Below are positions 29,086 to 37,655 of a stretch of DNA of 64,000 nt, in pieces. Each line of letters starts with the position of its first letter. Within the stretch, counting starts at the first letter, position 1. Location of the stretch: NCBI GenBank assembly GCA_016713665.1, contig JADJOR010000009.1, forward strand, positions 98,778 to 162,777. Reading direction: 5' to 3'. The DNA comes from Deltaproteobacteria bacterium. Its GTDB lineage: Bacteria > Myxococcota_A > UBA9160 > UBA4427. A program made the position numbers and the translations under genes. The notes beneath the pieces were generated by a model. That model ran no database searches. It was given only the letters and a program-made list of their open reading frames with translations, and was not told the origin of the DNA.

Positions 29086-29282
29086 GTGGACAGGCCGAAC
29101 ACGGTGTAGAGCGGACAGCTGCCGATCAGGCCCGTCACCAGGGGGACGAGCCCGACAAAGCCCCAGACGGTCTTCGGGCCGGCGACGGCGAGGCTCAGGA
29201 GGCCGAGGCCCAGCAGGACTCGCAGGGCGCGATCGACGCTGTGTTCGTTGCGAGGAAGGATCTTGCTCATCGTGGTCTCCAT
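29058..29282 (-). CDS. DUF2892 (YgaP-like) small membrane protein
   Basis: 74 aa: DRALRVLLGLGLLSLAV..GLVPLVTGLIGSCPLYTVFGLSTC, the typical DUF2892 pattern with conserved Cys residues. It overlaps the sigma-factor start by 28 nt. Confidence 0.7.
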   Translation of the reverse strand: METTMSKILPRNEHSVDRALRVLLGLGLLSLAVAGPKTVWGFVGLVPLVTGLIGSCPLYTVFGLSTCPLPKPRT

Positions 29283-29345
29283 GAAGGGGCCGATCGTGGC
29301 CCCACTCCCTCTATCCCCGAGCGGGCAAAAGGATTCACGTGCGAC

Positions 29346-29370
29346 AAAAAAACCTCGTCATCCGACCAGG
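29346..29370 (-). terminator. Rho-independent-type terminator at the end of the Zn-ADH gene
   Basis: Minus strand reads CCTGGTC-GGAT-GACGAGG (7-bp stem with one mismatch) followed by TTTTTTT. This is the longest T run I noticed in the window. It overlaps stop codon 29358-29360. Confidence 0.55.
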
Positions 29371-30389
29371 ACCACCGCCCGCCCCGCCACCGTGCCCGCC
29401 TCGACCCGGGCGTAGCCCTCCGCCGTCCGCTCGAAGGCGAAGCGCTCGATGTCGATGCGCAGCCGCCCGGCGTTCGCGAGGGCGATCACGTCGTGGAGGT
29501 CGGCCGTCGTGCCGCCCTGCGGAATGAACAGGTCGCAGTTGTTCGGCAGCAGCCCCCAGCCGACCGACGCGCGCCCCCCGCCGGCGCCGACGATCGCGAT
29601 CGAGCCGCCGATCCGCGCCGCCGCGAGGGCGAGGCCCATCGTGGCGTCGATGCCGACGAAGTCGAGGATCGCCTCGGCGCCGAGCCCGCGCGTCTCGTCC
29701 CGCAGCCGCGCGGGGCCCGCCTCGTCCGGACCCAGAACGAGATCGGCACCGAGCTCCGCGGCCCGGATCCGCTTCGAAGGCGACGCCTCGATCGCGACGA
29801 TGCGCGCGCCCGTCAGCACGCGCAGCAGCTGCACCGCGTAGCCCCCGAGCCCGCCGACCCCGATCACGATGGCGGTCGAAGCGCCACGCAGCTTCGGCGC
29901 GACGCGGCGCACGGCGTGATAGGCGGTGACGCCGGCGTCGGTGAGCGGCGCGGCGAGGGCCGGATCGAGGGCGCCGAGGGGAACCGCTTCGCGGACGGGC
30001 ACCGCGACATAGCGCGCGAGCCCGCCATCCTGCCCCCAGCCGCGACCGCTCGCGCGGCCGGTGCAGAGGTTGTCCTCGCCGCGCAGGCAGGGGAGACAGC
30101 GCCAGCAGCGGGGACCGAGGGCGACGGCGACGGGCGTCTCGAGGGCGAGGTCCCGGACCGAGGCGCCGACGGCGACGACGCGGCCCGCGATCTCGTGGCC
30201 GAGGGTGAACGGGATCGGATACGGGAAGTCGCCCGCGGCCGCGTGGAGGAAGTGGACGTCGGTATGGCAGAGGCCGACGGCGGCGACCTCGACCAGGACC
30301 TCGTCGCTCTGCGGCGTGGGCACCGCCACGTCCTCGAAGACCGGGGGCTTCTGCCATCCGACCAGGCGGAACGCCTTCATCGTCTGCAT
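29358..30389 (-). CDS. Zn-dependent alcohol dehydrogenase (MDR family)
   Basis: MQTMKAFRLVGWQKPPVFEDV..GLCHTDVH..GHEIAGRVVAVG..CWRCLPCLRGEDNLC..IVIGVGGLGGYAVQ. The start overlaps the upstream stop (TGATG). Confidence 0.85.
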   Translation of the reverse strand: MQTMKAFRLVGWQKPPVFEDVAVPTPQSDEVLVEVAAVGLCHTDVHFLHAAAGDFPYPIPFTLGHEIAGRVVAVGASVRDLALETPVAVALGPRCWRCLPCLRGEDNLCTGRASGRGWGQDGGLARYVAVPVREAVPLGALDPALAAPLTDAGVTAYHAVRRVAPKLRGASTAIVIGVGGLGGYAVQLLRVLTGARIVAIEASPSKRIRAAELGADLVLGPDEAGPARLRDETRGLGAEAILDFVGIDATMGLALAAARIGGSIAIVGAGGGRASVGWGLLPNNCDLFIPQGGTTADLHDVIALANAGRLRIDIERFAFERTAEGYARVEAGTVAGRAVVLVG

Positions 30390-31288
30390 CAGGCGGCTCC
30401 TTCGGAGTTCGCGCGGGCGATCAGCGCGCGCGTCGCCTCCGCCGCCCGGCGCGCCGCCTCGCGCGCGCCGAGGCGATGGAGGTCGTCGGAGAAGACCTCG
30501 ACACCGATCGGCGCCGGGGCGTCGAGCGCGCGCAGCACGCGCAGGAGCTCGACGAGCGGCAGCTCCCCCTCGCCGGGCAGGCGGCGCGCATGCAGCGTCG
30601 CCGTCGCGAGATCGCCCTCCGCAGCGGCCGGCGCATCGGCGAGCTGGAGCGCGATGATCCGATCCCCGGCGACCGAACGCACGACGCCCGGATCGCTCGC
30701 CGTCCGGAAGAGATGCCAGGCGTCGATCACGATCCCGCCGTTGCGGCGATCGGCGAGGCGCACGATCTCGGCCGCCGTCGGGAGATCCGGCACGAGCGTC
30801 CACGGCAGGAACTCGAGCTGGACCAGCAGCCCATGGCGCGCGGCCCGGTCGCAGAGACCGGCGAAGCCCTCCGCGACGCGCTCGAGCGCGCGGTCGCGGG
30901 CGGGTCGGCTGGTATGGGGCGCCGACTTCGGAGCCCAGGGCGACGCGGTCACCGATCGCGCACCGACCACGTCGGCGATCCGGAAGATCTCGGCCTCGCC
31001 GACGGAGAAGTAGCCGTCGGGGTTCTCGGCGTCGGGGACGACGACGCCCTCGGTCCCCGGCGCCCAGGTCCAGACCGAGTCGAGCTCGCCGACCGTGAGC
31101 CCCGCGTCGTCGAGCAGGCGGCGCAGGGCGACGTCGGAGAGCCCTTCGCGCCGCGCGCGGGCATGGTCGGGACCCCAGAGCGTGATGGCCGGGAAGCCCG
31201 CCGCCGCCGCCGCCTCCACCCGCTCGCGGAAGGGAATCCCGTACGGCAGCGTACCAGCGCATAACACGAGATGATCGGGTCCGAGCAT
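30389..31288 (-). CDS. Sugar phosphate isomerase/epimerase (xylose-isomerase-like TIM barrel)
   Basis: 299 aa: AAAAGFPAITLW..HGLLVQLEFLPW..GIVIDAWHLFR..IGVEVFSD. Confidence 0.7.
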   Translation of the reverse strand: MLGPDHLVLCAGTLPYGIPFRERVEAAAAAGFPAITLWGPDHARARREGLSDVALRRLLDDAGLTVGELDSVWTWAPGTEGVVVPDAENPDGYFSVGEAEIFRIADVVGARSVTASPWAPKSAPHTSRPARDRALERVAEGFAGLCDRAARHGLLVQLEFLPWTLVPDLPTAAEIVRLADRRNGGIVIDAWHLFRTASDPGVVRSVAGDRIIALQLADAPAAAEGDLATATLHARRLPGEGELPLVELLRVLRALDAPAPIGVEVFSDDLHRLGAREAARRAAEATRALIARANSEGAA

Positions 31289-31456
31289 CCGGCGACGCTA
31301 GCGCCGCCGCTCCCGGCGCGCCGGTCGGTCCGCATTCCTTCCTCCTTTACGAGCTCGGCGGGCGGACATACCTTGCGCAGGCGCTCGTCCGGGCGCGATC
31401 GAGCTCGGGTCGCGAGCGCTCTCGAGGCGCATCGCAGGGAGTCGGAGGAGAGCTGC

Positions 31457-32230
31457 ATGGATCCGAGTCCGCTGAAGGGCAAGGTCGCGCTCGTGACGGG
31501 GGGCGCATCGGGCATCGGGGCCGCCACCGTCGCGCTCCTCGCCGCCGAAGGCGCGACGGTCGTCGCCTTCGACGTCGCCGCCGACGAGCTCGCGCGGGTC
31601 GTCTCGCGCGTGGCGAAGCAGGGCGGCGTCGCGCGGGCGAAGCGCGTCGATCTCGGCGAGTCGGCGCGGATTCCCGAGGCGGTGGCCGAGGTGCTTCGCG
31701 AAGAAGGACGCATCGACATCCTCGTCAACTGCGCGGGCGTCTTCGGCGAGGGGGGCTCGATCCTCGAGCTGAGCGAGAAGGACTGGGATCGCGTCCAGGC
31801 GATCAATCTGAAGGCGCCCTTCCTGCTGATCCAGGCGGTCGGGCGGCACATGGTCGAGCGCGGCGGCGGCGGACGCATCGTCAGCGTGAGCTCGAGCTCG
31901 GCCTTTCGCGCGCCGCGCGTGCCTGCGAACTACGGAGCCTCGAAGGCGGGGATCGGTCAGCTGACGCGGAGCGCCGCGGCGGATCTCGGGCCCTACGACA
32001 TCAACGTCAACGCCGTCGCGCCCGGACTGACGGCGACGCCGATGACGACGGATTTCGGCGACGGCGCGGTGCTCGAGCGGGCCGTCGCCGAGGGGCCGCT
32101 CGCGAACCTGTTGCAGCGGGTCTCCCAGCCCGAGGACGTCGCGGCGACGATCCTCTTTCTCTGTCTGCCCGCGAGCCGGCAGATCACGGGCCAGACCATC
32201 CATACGAGCGCCGGGGCCGTCACGCTCTAG
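31457..32230 (+). CDS. SDR-family oxidoreductase
   Basis: KGKVALVTGGASGIGAA (TGxxxGxG), NCAG, YGASKAG (YxxxK). GGAGGAG RBS. Confidence 0.85.
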   Translation: MDPSPLKGKVALVTGGASGIGAATVALLAAEGATVVAFDVAADELARVVSRVAKQGGVARAKRVDLGESARIPEAVAEVLREEGRIDILVNCAGVFGEGGSILELSEKDWDRVQAINLKAPFLLIQAVGRHMVERGGGGRIVSVSSSSAFRAPRVPANYGASKAGIGQLTRSAAADLGPYDINVNAVAPGLTATPMTTDFGDGAVLERAVAEGPLANLLQRVSQPEDVAATILFLCLPASRQITGQTIHTSAGAVTL

Positions 32231-32316
32231 CGGGCGACGCGGCGTGGAGCTCGGGGACCGATCGAGCGACCGGGCGAGAGACGCCACGAGAGACCAGCCG
32301 AGGAGGGGAGAGCGCG

Positions 32317-33144
32317 ATGGCCGACTTCGAGATCCGACCCATGACGACCTGCATCGGCGCCGAGATCGCCGGCATCGATCTGCGGGAGGAGCTCCCGGAT
32401 CGCACGATCCGCGCGCTCGAGGACGCGCTCCACCGCCACCTCGTCCTCTTCTTCCGCAAGCAGCCGATCACGCTCGAGCAGCAGATCGCCTTCACGCGCC
32501 GCTTCGGCGAGCTGATGGTCCACCCCTTCGGACCCTCGCATCCGGATCACCCCGAGATCATCGTGCTCGACCAGAAGGCGCCGAAGGGCGAGGGCGCCGA
32601 CGAGTGGCACGCGGACACGACCTTCATCCCCGAGCCGCCCCTCGGCTCGGTCCTGCGCGCCGTGCAGCTGCCGCCCCTCGGCGGTGATACCTGCTTCACG
32701 AGCATGTTCGCCGCCTACGAGACCCTCTCGCCGCCGATCCGGCAGCTCGTCGATGGCCTGCGCGCGATCCACGACATCACGGGCAATCTCGTGCGCGCCG
32801 CCCAGGCGGGGAAGAGCTCCCTCTCGCTGCAGGATGCGCTCACGAAGTGGCCGCCGGTCTCGCATCCCCTCGTCCGGACCCATCCGCGCAGCGGGCGCAA
32901 GGCGCTCTACGTCTACGCCGTGGCGGTGAAGCGGATCGAGGGTCTCTCCGAGAAGGAGAGCGACAGCCTGCTGCGCCTGCTCTGCGAGCACATCAACTCG
33001 CCGCAGTTCCAGTGTCGCTTCCGATGGGAGCCCGACTCGATCGCCTTCTGGGACAACCGCGCGGTTCAACACCTCGCCGTGCCCGACTACCCGGAGCGCC
33101 GCGTCATGGTCCGCTCGACCCTGCGCGGGGACATTCCGCGCTAG
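32317..33144 (+). CDS. TauD/TfdA-family Fe(II)/2-oxoglutarate dioxygenase
   Basis: ADEWHADTTF (HxD), GGDTCFTSM, FWDNRAVQHLAVPDY, RVMVRSTLRG. Confidence 0.85.
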   Translation: MADFEIRPMTTCIGAEIAGIDLREELPDRTIRALEDALHRHLVLFFRKQPITLEQQIAFTRRFGELMVHPFGPSHPDHPEIIVLDQKAPKGEGADEWHADTTFIPEPPLGSVLRAVQLPPLGGDTCFTSMFAAYETLSPPIRQLVDGLRAIHDITGNLVRAAQAGKSSLSLQDALTKWPPVSHPLVRTHPRSGRKALYVYAVAVKRIEGLSEKESDSLLRLLCEHINSPQFQCRFRWEPDSIAFWDNRAVQHLAVPDYPERRVMVRSTLRGDIPR

Positions 33145-34160
33145 GCGGTCGGTCGCGCGAGCCAGACGCGCAGCACCCGATCGAGCAGCTGTGGAGCCTC
33201 TTCGGGCACGAAATGCGTGCCGGCGTGGCCGACAGTCTCGAGGTTCGGGAAATGCGTCGCGAAAGCGGCGGCGGCCGGATTGCCGGCGGCGAAGTCCGCG
33301 TGGCTTCCGCCCGGACGGAACGGGCCGGGGACGACGGTCGGCGTGTAGACGAAGAGCGCGGGCCCCGCATAGCGCAGGTGGAGATCCTCGGGCGCGTAGA
33401 CCAGGAACTCGCCGTGGTCGGGATGCTTCGCGATGCCCCCCGGATGCCGCCACATCCGCGCGATCTCGCTCTCCGGGACGAACTCGAAGGACTCGCCGCG
33501 GCGGCGATGGAAGGGGACGCCGGAGCGGTAGTACTGGATGCAGTGGAAGTGGGTGTCCGGGTCCGCATAGGCGCGCCGGTAGTGCTCGAGCGCGTCCGGG
33601 CCGAACAGCCGGCTCGGGTCGGCACCGACCGGAAGTCGGTTGGGCCACGGATTCTCGGGCGGCCCGGGGTAGTCGGCGGGGATGCCACCGAACAGGAGAT
33701 CGATGAAGGCGCGGTGGTGGCGCTCGAAGAACGCCTCGGCCAGCCCCTCGACCTTGAACCAGTACCCGTTCATGGCCCAGGGGATCCAGACACTGCAGGT
33801 CGTGTCGATGAACGCGACCCGCTCGAAGCGGTCCGGATGTTCGAGCACTGCCTTCGACGCGATCATGCCGCCCCAGTCGTGGCCGACGACACTCGCGCGC
33901 TCGAGGCCGAGGGCGTCCATGAAATCGATCAGGTCCCGGGCGAGCAGGCTGCGGGTCACGCGGTGGCGGGGCTTGTCCGTCCCGCCGAAGCCGCGGGTGT
34001 CGGGGGCGAAGACCGCGAACTGGTCGGAGAGGCTCTCGACCTGGTGGCGCCACTCGTAGGCCGTCTGTGGGAAGCCGTGGAGCAGGATCAGCGGCCGGCC
34101 GGTACCGGCCTGCCAATAGTGGAAGCGGAGGCTTCGGGACTGGACCGTGCAGGATTTCAT
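33141..34160 (-). CDS. Alpha/beta hydrolase (epoxide-hydrolase / haloalkane-dehalogenase-like)
   Basis: RPLILLHGFPQTAYEWRHQ (HGxP), VVGHDWGG (nucleophile Asp elbow), HFVPEEAP. ATG 34160 is preferred; alternatives at 34190 and 34256. Confidence 0.8.
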   Translation of the reverse strand: MKSCTVQSRSLRFHYWQAGTGRPLILLHGFPQTAYEWRHQVESLSDQFAVFAPDTRGFGGTDKPRHRVTRSLLARDLIDFMDALGLERASVVGHDWGGMIASKAVLEHPDRFERVAFIDTTCSVWIPWAMNGYWFKVEGLAEAFFERHHRAFIDLLFGGIPADYPGPPENPWPNRLPVGADPSRLFGPDALEHYRRAYADPDTHFHCIQYYRSGVPFHRRRGESFEFVPESEIARMWRHPGGIAKHPDHGEFLVYAPEDLHLRYAGPALFVYTPTVVPGPFRPGGSHADFAAGNPAAAAFATHFPNLETVGHAGTHFVPEEAPQLLDRVLRVWLARPTA

Positions 34161-34481
34161 CGGGGCTCCGGATTGCAGCTTTCGGCTCATTGCGACCTGT
34201 CCGCGTGAAGAGTCGTCGACTCCGGCTGCGCGCGCTCGGCTCCACGCACCGCCCATCGACGCGAACGGGAAATGGGGAATGGAAGACGTGGAATGGGGTG
34301 AAAAGTCATCGATCGAACGTTTGGTTCAAGAATCTGATGGACTTTCCTCGGATCGCAGGTGTAGGGTGGTCCAGTCATTCGACCGGCTCGAGCCGTCGGA
34401 GCGTCTCGCTGCGCGTGGTTCGCGGAGTGGAGACGGACAGAGACGATCTCGGAACGATCCCAGGAAGGGGCGCACGCCATC

Positions 34482-35810
34482 ATGCATCACGAACGAAACG
34501 GTCTGAATCAACGACTCACGGGCATCGTTGTCGCGGGGGCGATCGCGCTCCTGCTCGGCGCCGTCACGGCCGGGGCCGCGACCCGAAACATGGTCGGGGC
34601 GCTCGGCGTGCTGGCCCCGTCGGTCGAGGCGCCGTATGCGTTCGAGAGCGGCCCGGCGGTGCTCGGCAAGAAGCAGGGCGTCTACCCGCCGACGGCCGGC
34701 TTCGCGACGGTCCAGGTGGCCGGCGCGACGGCGGGAACCTTCGTCGGTCGCCAGGTCACCCTTCCGCCCAACAAGATGAACTTCGTCGGAGGAAATTTCC
34801 GCGACTTCCCGGCGTTCCCGAACGTCGGCCACGTCACCCGGACCAACATGGACGTTCAGCAGGGCGCGACCTTCATGAACGCGGCCGGTGCGCTCGCGTT
34901 CTGCCCCGGCCCCGGTTGCGTCAACAACGGCGCGGGGACCGCGATCAGCTGGTGTCCGCCGCTGGCCCACAATCCCGCCGCGCCGGCGCCCGGGACGGCC
35001 ATGAATCCGATCGGCAACTGGAACTGCACGAGCTACGGCAATCCCGGCGCGGGCAATCGCCGCGGCATCATCCGGATCAGCAACGATTCCGGTGCGCCCC
35101 ATTTCGGCGGCACGCTGAGCCTGCTCCGCAACTTCCGGACCACCGTCTGGCGTGTGCCGGTCGCGCCGTCGACGCCGATGGCCAACAACGCCCAGGTCCT
35201 CCGGGACTTCCAGATCGCCAACAACTTCCCCTGGACCGGCGGCAAGAACAACTTCGCGTTCACGGCCAATCCCGGAAATCCCGGCCCCCGTCTCCTCGGG
35301 CGGCTGAATGCTCGCGGCGCGGTCGAGGCGACCTTCGGTTGCGCGAACGGCGTCGGTACGGTCGGTCAGGTCTACGCGGGGATCCCGCCGGCGATCGGCC
35401 CCTTCAATCCGATCGTGATCCAGGGCAACAACTGCGGCACCGATCCGGTCGGCGCGCTGCCCGGTCAGGGCTGGGGCTTCCGGATGACGACCGGCACGAT
35501 CTCGGGCTCCGACGACTTCCCGTTCTCCGACGAGACGACGGCCCTCGGGACGCCCTTCAATCCCAATCGCATTCTGCAGACGGCGGCTCAGGGCTTCTTC
35601 TTCACGCGGATGGGGGACGACTCGGTCGTGGGGACCGTGCGCAACCTCGTGCTGCTCGGCGGTGCGGTCGCGGTCGATCCCTCGAGCGGCAACGTCTTCC
35701 ACCGGATCACGCATCTGCGCATGCGCATGCAGGTCCCGGAGCCGGCCGGCGCGGTCGGTTTGCTCGTCGGTGTGGGCGGGCTCGTCGCGATCGCCCGCCG
35801 CCGACGCTAG
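34482..35810 (+). CDS. PEP-CTERM-anchored secreted protein of unknown function
   Basis: Signal/TM segment GIVVAGAIALLLGAVTAGAA. C-terminus VPEPAGAVGLLVGVGGLVAIARRRR (PEP encoded at 35736-35744). The body is Gly/Asn/Pro/Cys-rich and I recognise no family. Confidence 0.7.
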   Translation: MHHERNGLNQRLTGIVVAGAIALLLGAVTAGAATRNMVGALGVLAPSVEAPYAFESGPAVLGKKQGVYPPTAGFATVQVAGATAGTFVGRQVTLPPNKMNFVGGNFRDFPAFPNVGHVTRTNMDVQQGATFMNAAGALAFCPGPGCVNNGAGTAISWCPPLAHNPAAPAPGTAMNPIGNWNCTSYGNPGAGNRRGIIRISNDSGAPHFGGTLSLLRNFRTTVWRVPVAPSTPMANNAQVLRDFQIANNFPWTGGKNNFAFTANPGNPGPRLLGRLNARGAVEATFGCANGVGTVGQVYAGIPPAIGPFNPIVIQGNNCGTDPVGALPGQGWGFRMTTGTISGSDDFPFSDETTALGTPFNPNRILQTAAQGFFFTRMGDDSVVGTVRNLVLLGGAVAVDPSSGNVFHRITHLRMRMQVPEPAGAVGLLVGVGGLVAIARRRR

Positions 35811-35841
35811 GCAAGCGGCGGTCCGCTGGGATCGCTCGACT

Positions 35842-35876
35842 CGCGAGCCCGGCTCCCCTGCGGAGCCGGGCTCGCG
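35842..35876. terminator. Perfect 15-bp-stem hairpin between convergent genes (bidirectional terminator candidate)
   Basis: CGCGAGCCCGGCTCC-CCTGC-GGAGCCGGGCTCGCG. No U tract on either side. Confidence 0.55.
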
Positions 35877-35912
35877 GACTCGCCTCGAAAGCCCGAGCCG
35901 ACGGCGAGTCGA

Positions 35913-37430
35913 CTAGGCGCGCACGGACAATCGCGCGAAGATGTTCAGCAGCATCCGGTCGTAGGCGGGATAGCCGACACCGACCGTCCACTCGCACATC
36001 GTCGGGCTGGGGAGCGTGACGACCTGCGCGCCCGAGCTGCGCTGTTGATAGGTGGCCGTCCCATGGCCGCCTGCGAGGGGCGGCCATTGCCAGGTCGGAG
36101 TTCCCGGAACGGCTCGCCAATCGAGGCCGTCGCTGCTCGGACGAGCGCCCCAGATGACGAGACCCTCCGGAAGCCGCATGTCGTCCACCAGGATCGGTCG
36201 CGGCTGACCGCCGTCGTACTCCACGCAGAGTCCGGAGACGTATTCGGCGATGGCGCCGGGGAACGCGTCGCCGGCGCCGATCCCGGTCCCCTCGACGATC
36301 CAGCCCGCTTCGTCGAGGTTGTAGACAGAGAACGACACGAACTCGCCGATCGAGATGCGATGTGCCGGCCAGACGGTCTGACCGATGATCTCCGTCTCCC
36401 AGGGACTGGCCGGGGCGCGCATTCCGACGCCCGCGACCAGGGGCAGCTGGGTGAACGGACCGCTGTTCCAGTAGGGGTCGTCCTTGACGTCGTCCCATTT
36501 GTAGGTCGTCATCGAGCCGACCATCGGGTCGAGGCGGACGCGAAAGATCCCGAACTCGTGGGATGCGACGAAGAGGTTGCCGCCACCGGCCTGGAACGCG
36601 GCGAGGTGGCTCATCACCTCGTTGGGCATGTATTCGAACTGGCCGACGAAACAGACGAGATCGTAGGCGTCGAGATGACCGGGGGGCGCGAAGGCGAGGT
36701 CGACGAGGTCCGCGAACTCGAACTCGTAGCCGTGGCCGCGCAGGAAGGCGACGTTGCCGTGGCTCCAGGTCGCGGCGCGGTCGAGTCCGGGGCGGAGATA
36801 GCTGACCGTGCGGGCGCTGCCGTTGGCCGACGGGTAGATCGATTGATCGCCGAATCCGCCGTAGGCGACGCCGGTCAGCGAGTCGTGGACCCAGAGGATC
36901 CGGCTCGTGCTCCCGGCCACGGCAGGAGTCACCACGAAGAAGGCGACCGAATTGTCCGACGGGAATCCGTTGCCGACGTTCAGTCGATTCTCCGGGAGCA
37001 TCGCCTCGGGCGGCATGCTGACCTTGTAGACGCCGGGCTCGAACGCATCCGCCGGGACCGAGACCGAGACCGGGAAGAGGGCGCCCTCCGGACCCGGGTT
37101 CGGGTTCCCGAAGTCCTGGGGGGTCGCCCAGAGCCAGAGCGGGACCTCTTCGGGACGCACGTCGATCCGCACGAACATGAACGGAACGCGCGCGCCGCTC
37201 TTCAGCGAGCAGTGGACGTTGATCATCTCGCCCGGGTGATAGGTGAAGCGGTCCGTGTAGAGACCTTCGTACTGGACGCCCCAGACCCCGCCGAACTGAC
37301 AGCTGGAGTACGGCAGGACCATCGCGCCGGCAGCCCCGAGCGAAGACCGGAGGAATTGCCGTCGAGTCCGCTCGGGCACTACCGGTCGGACGATCCGCGG
37401 CGGGGATCTTCGGGACGAGTCGCGGGTCAC
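35913..37430 (-). CDS. Tat-exported hypothetical protein, possibly N,N-dimethylformamidase-beta-subunit-like fold
   Basis: Twin-arginine signal ERTRRQFLRSSLGAAGAMVL. GTG start with GGAGGA 8 nt upstream. Segments ILWVHDSLTGVAYGGFGDQSIY and LVCFVGQFEYMPNEVMSHLAAFQAGGGNLFVASHEF resemble that family. The assignment is weak. Confidence 0.6.
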   Translation of the reverse strand: MTRDSSRRSPPRIVRPVVPERTRRQFLRSSLGAAGAMVLPYSSCQFGGVWGVQYEGLYTDRFTYHPGEMINVHCSLKSGARVPFMFVRIDVRPEEVPLWLWATPQDFGNPNPGPEGALFPVSVSVPADAFEPGVYKVSMPPEAMLPENRLNVGNGFPSDNSVAFFVVTPAVAGSTSRILWVHDSLTGVAYGGFGDQSIYPSANGSARTVSYLRPGLDRAATWSHGNVAFLRGHGYEFEFADLVDLAFAPPGHLDAYDLVCFVGQFEYMPNEVMSHLAAFQAGGGNLFVASHEFGIFRVRLDPMVGSMTTYKWDDVKDDPYWNSGPFTQLPLVAGVGMRAPASPWETEIIGQTVWPAHRISIGEFVSFSVYNLDEAGWIVEGTGIGAGDAFPGAIAEYVSGLCVEYDGGQPRPILVDDMRLPEGLVIWGARPSSDGLDWRAVPGTPTWQWPPLAGGHGTATYQQRSSGAQVVTLPSPTMCEWTVGVGYPAYDRMLLNIFARLSVRA

Positions 37431-37655
37431 GAGGTGGATCCTCCGCGGGCGCAGAAATCATTCTAGACCAGGGACCAGCGCATGGGGCGCCGTTTCGTCC
37501 TGATCGACGGCGACGTGCGCGGTCTGAACCGCGTTCGTCACCGAGGCCGGGATGCGCTCGAAGCGGAAGCCCACCGGCAACTCCGGGAACCAGCCCATTG
37601 ATTTCGAAGGGCGGCCGATCGATACGCCCTCGGATCGGCTTGCTAGCCTGCGAAG

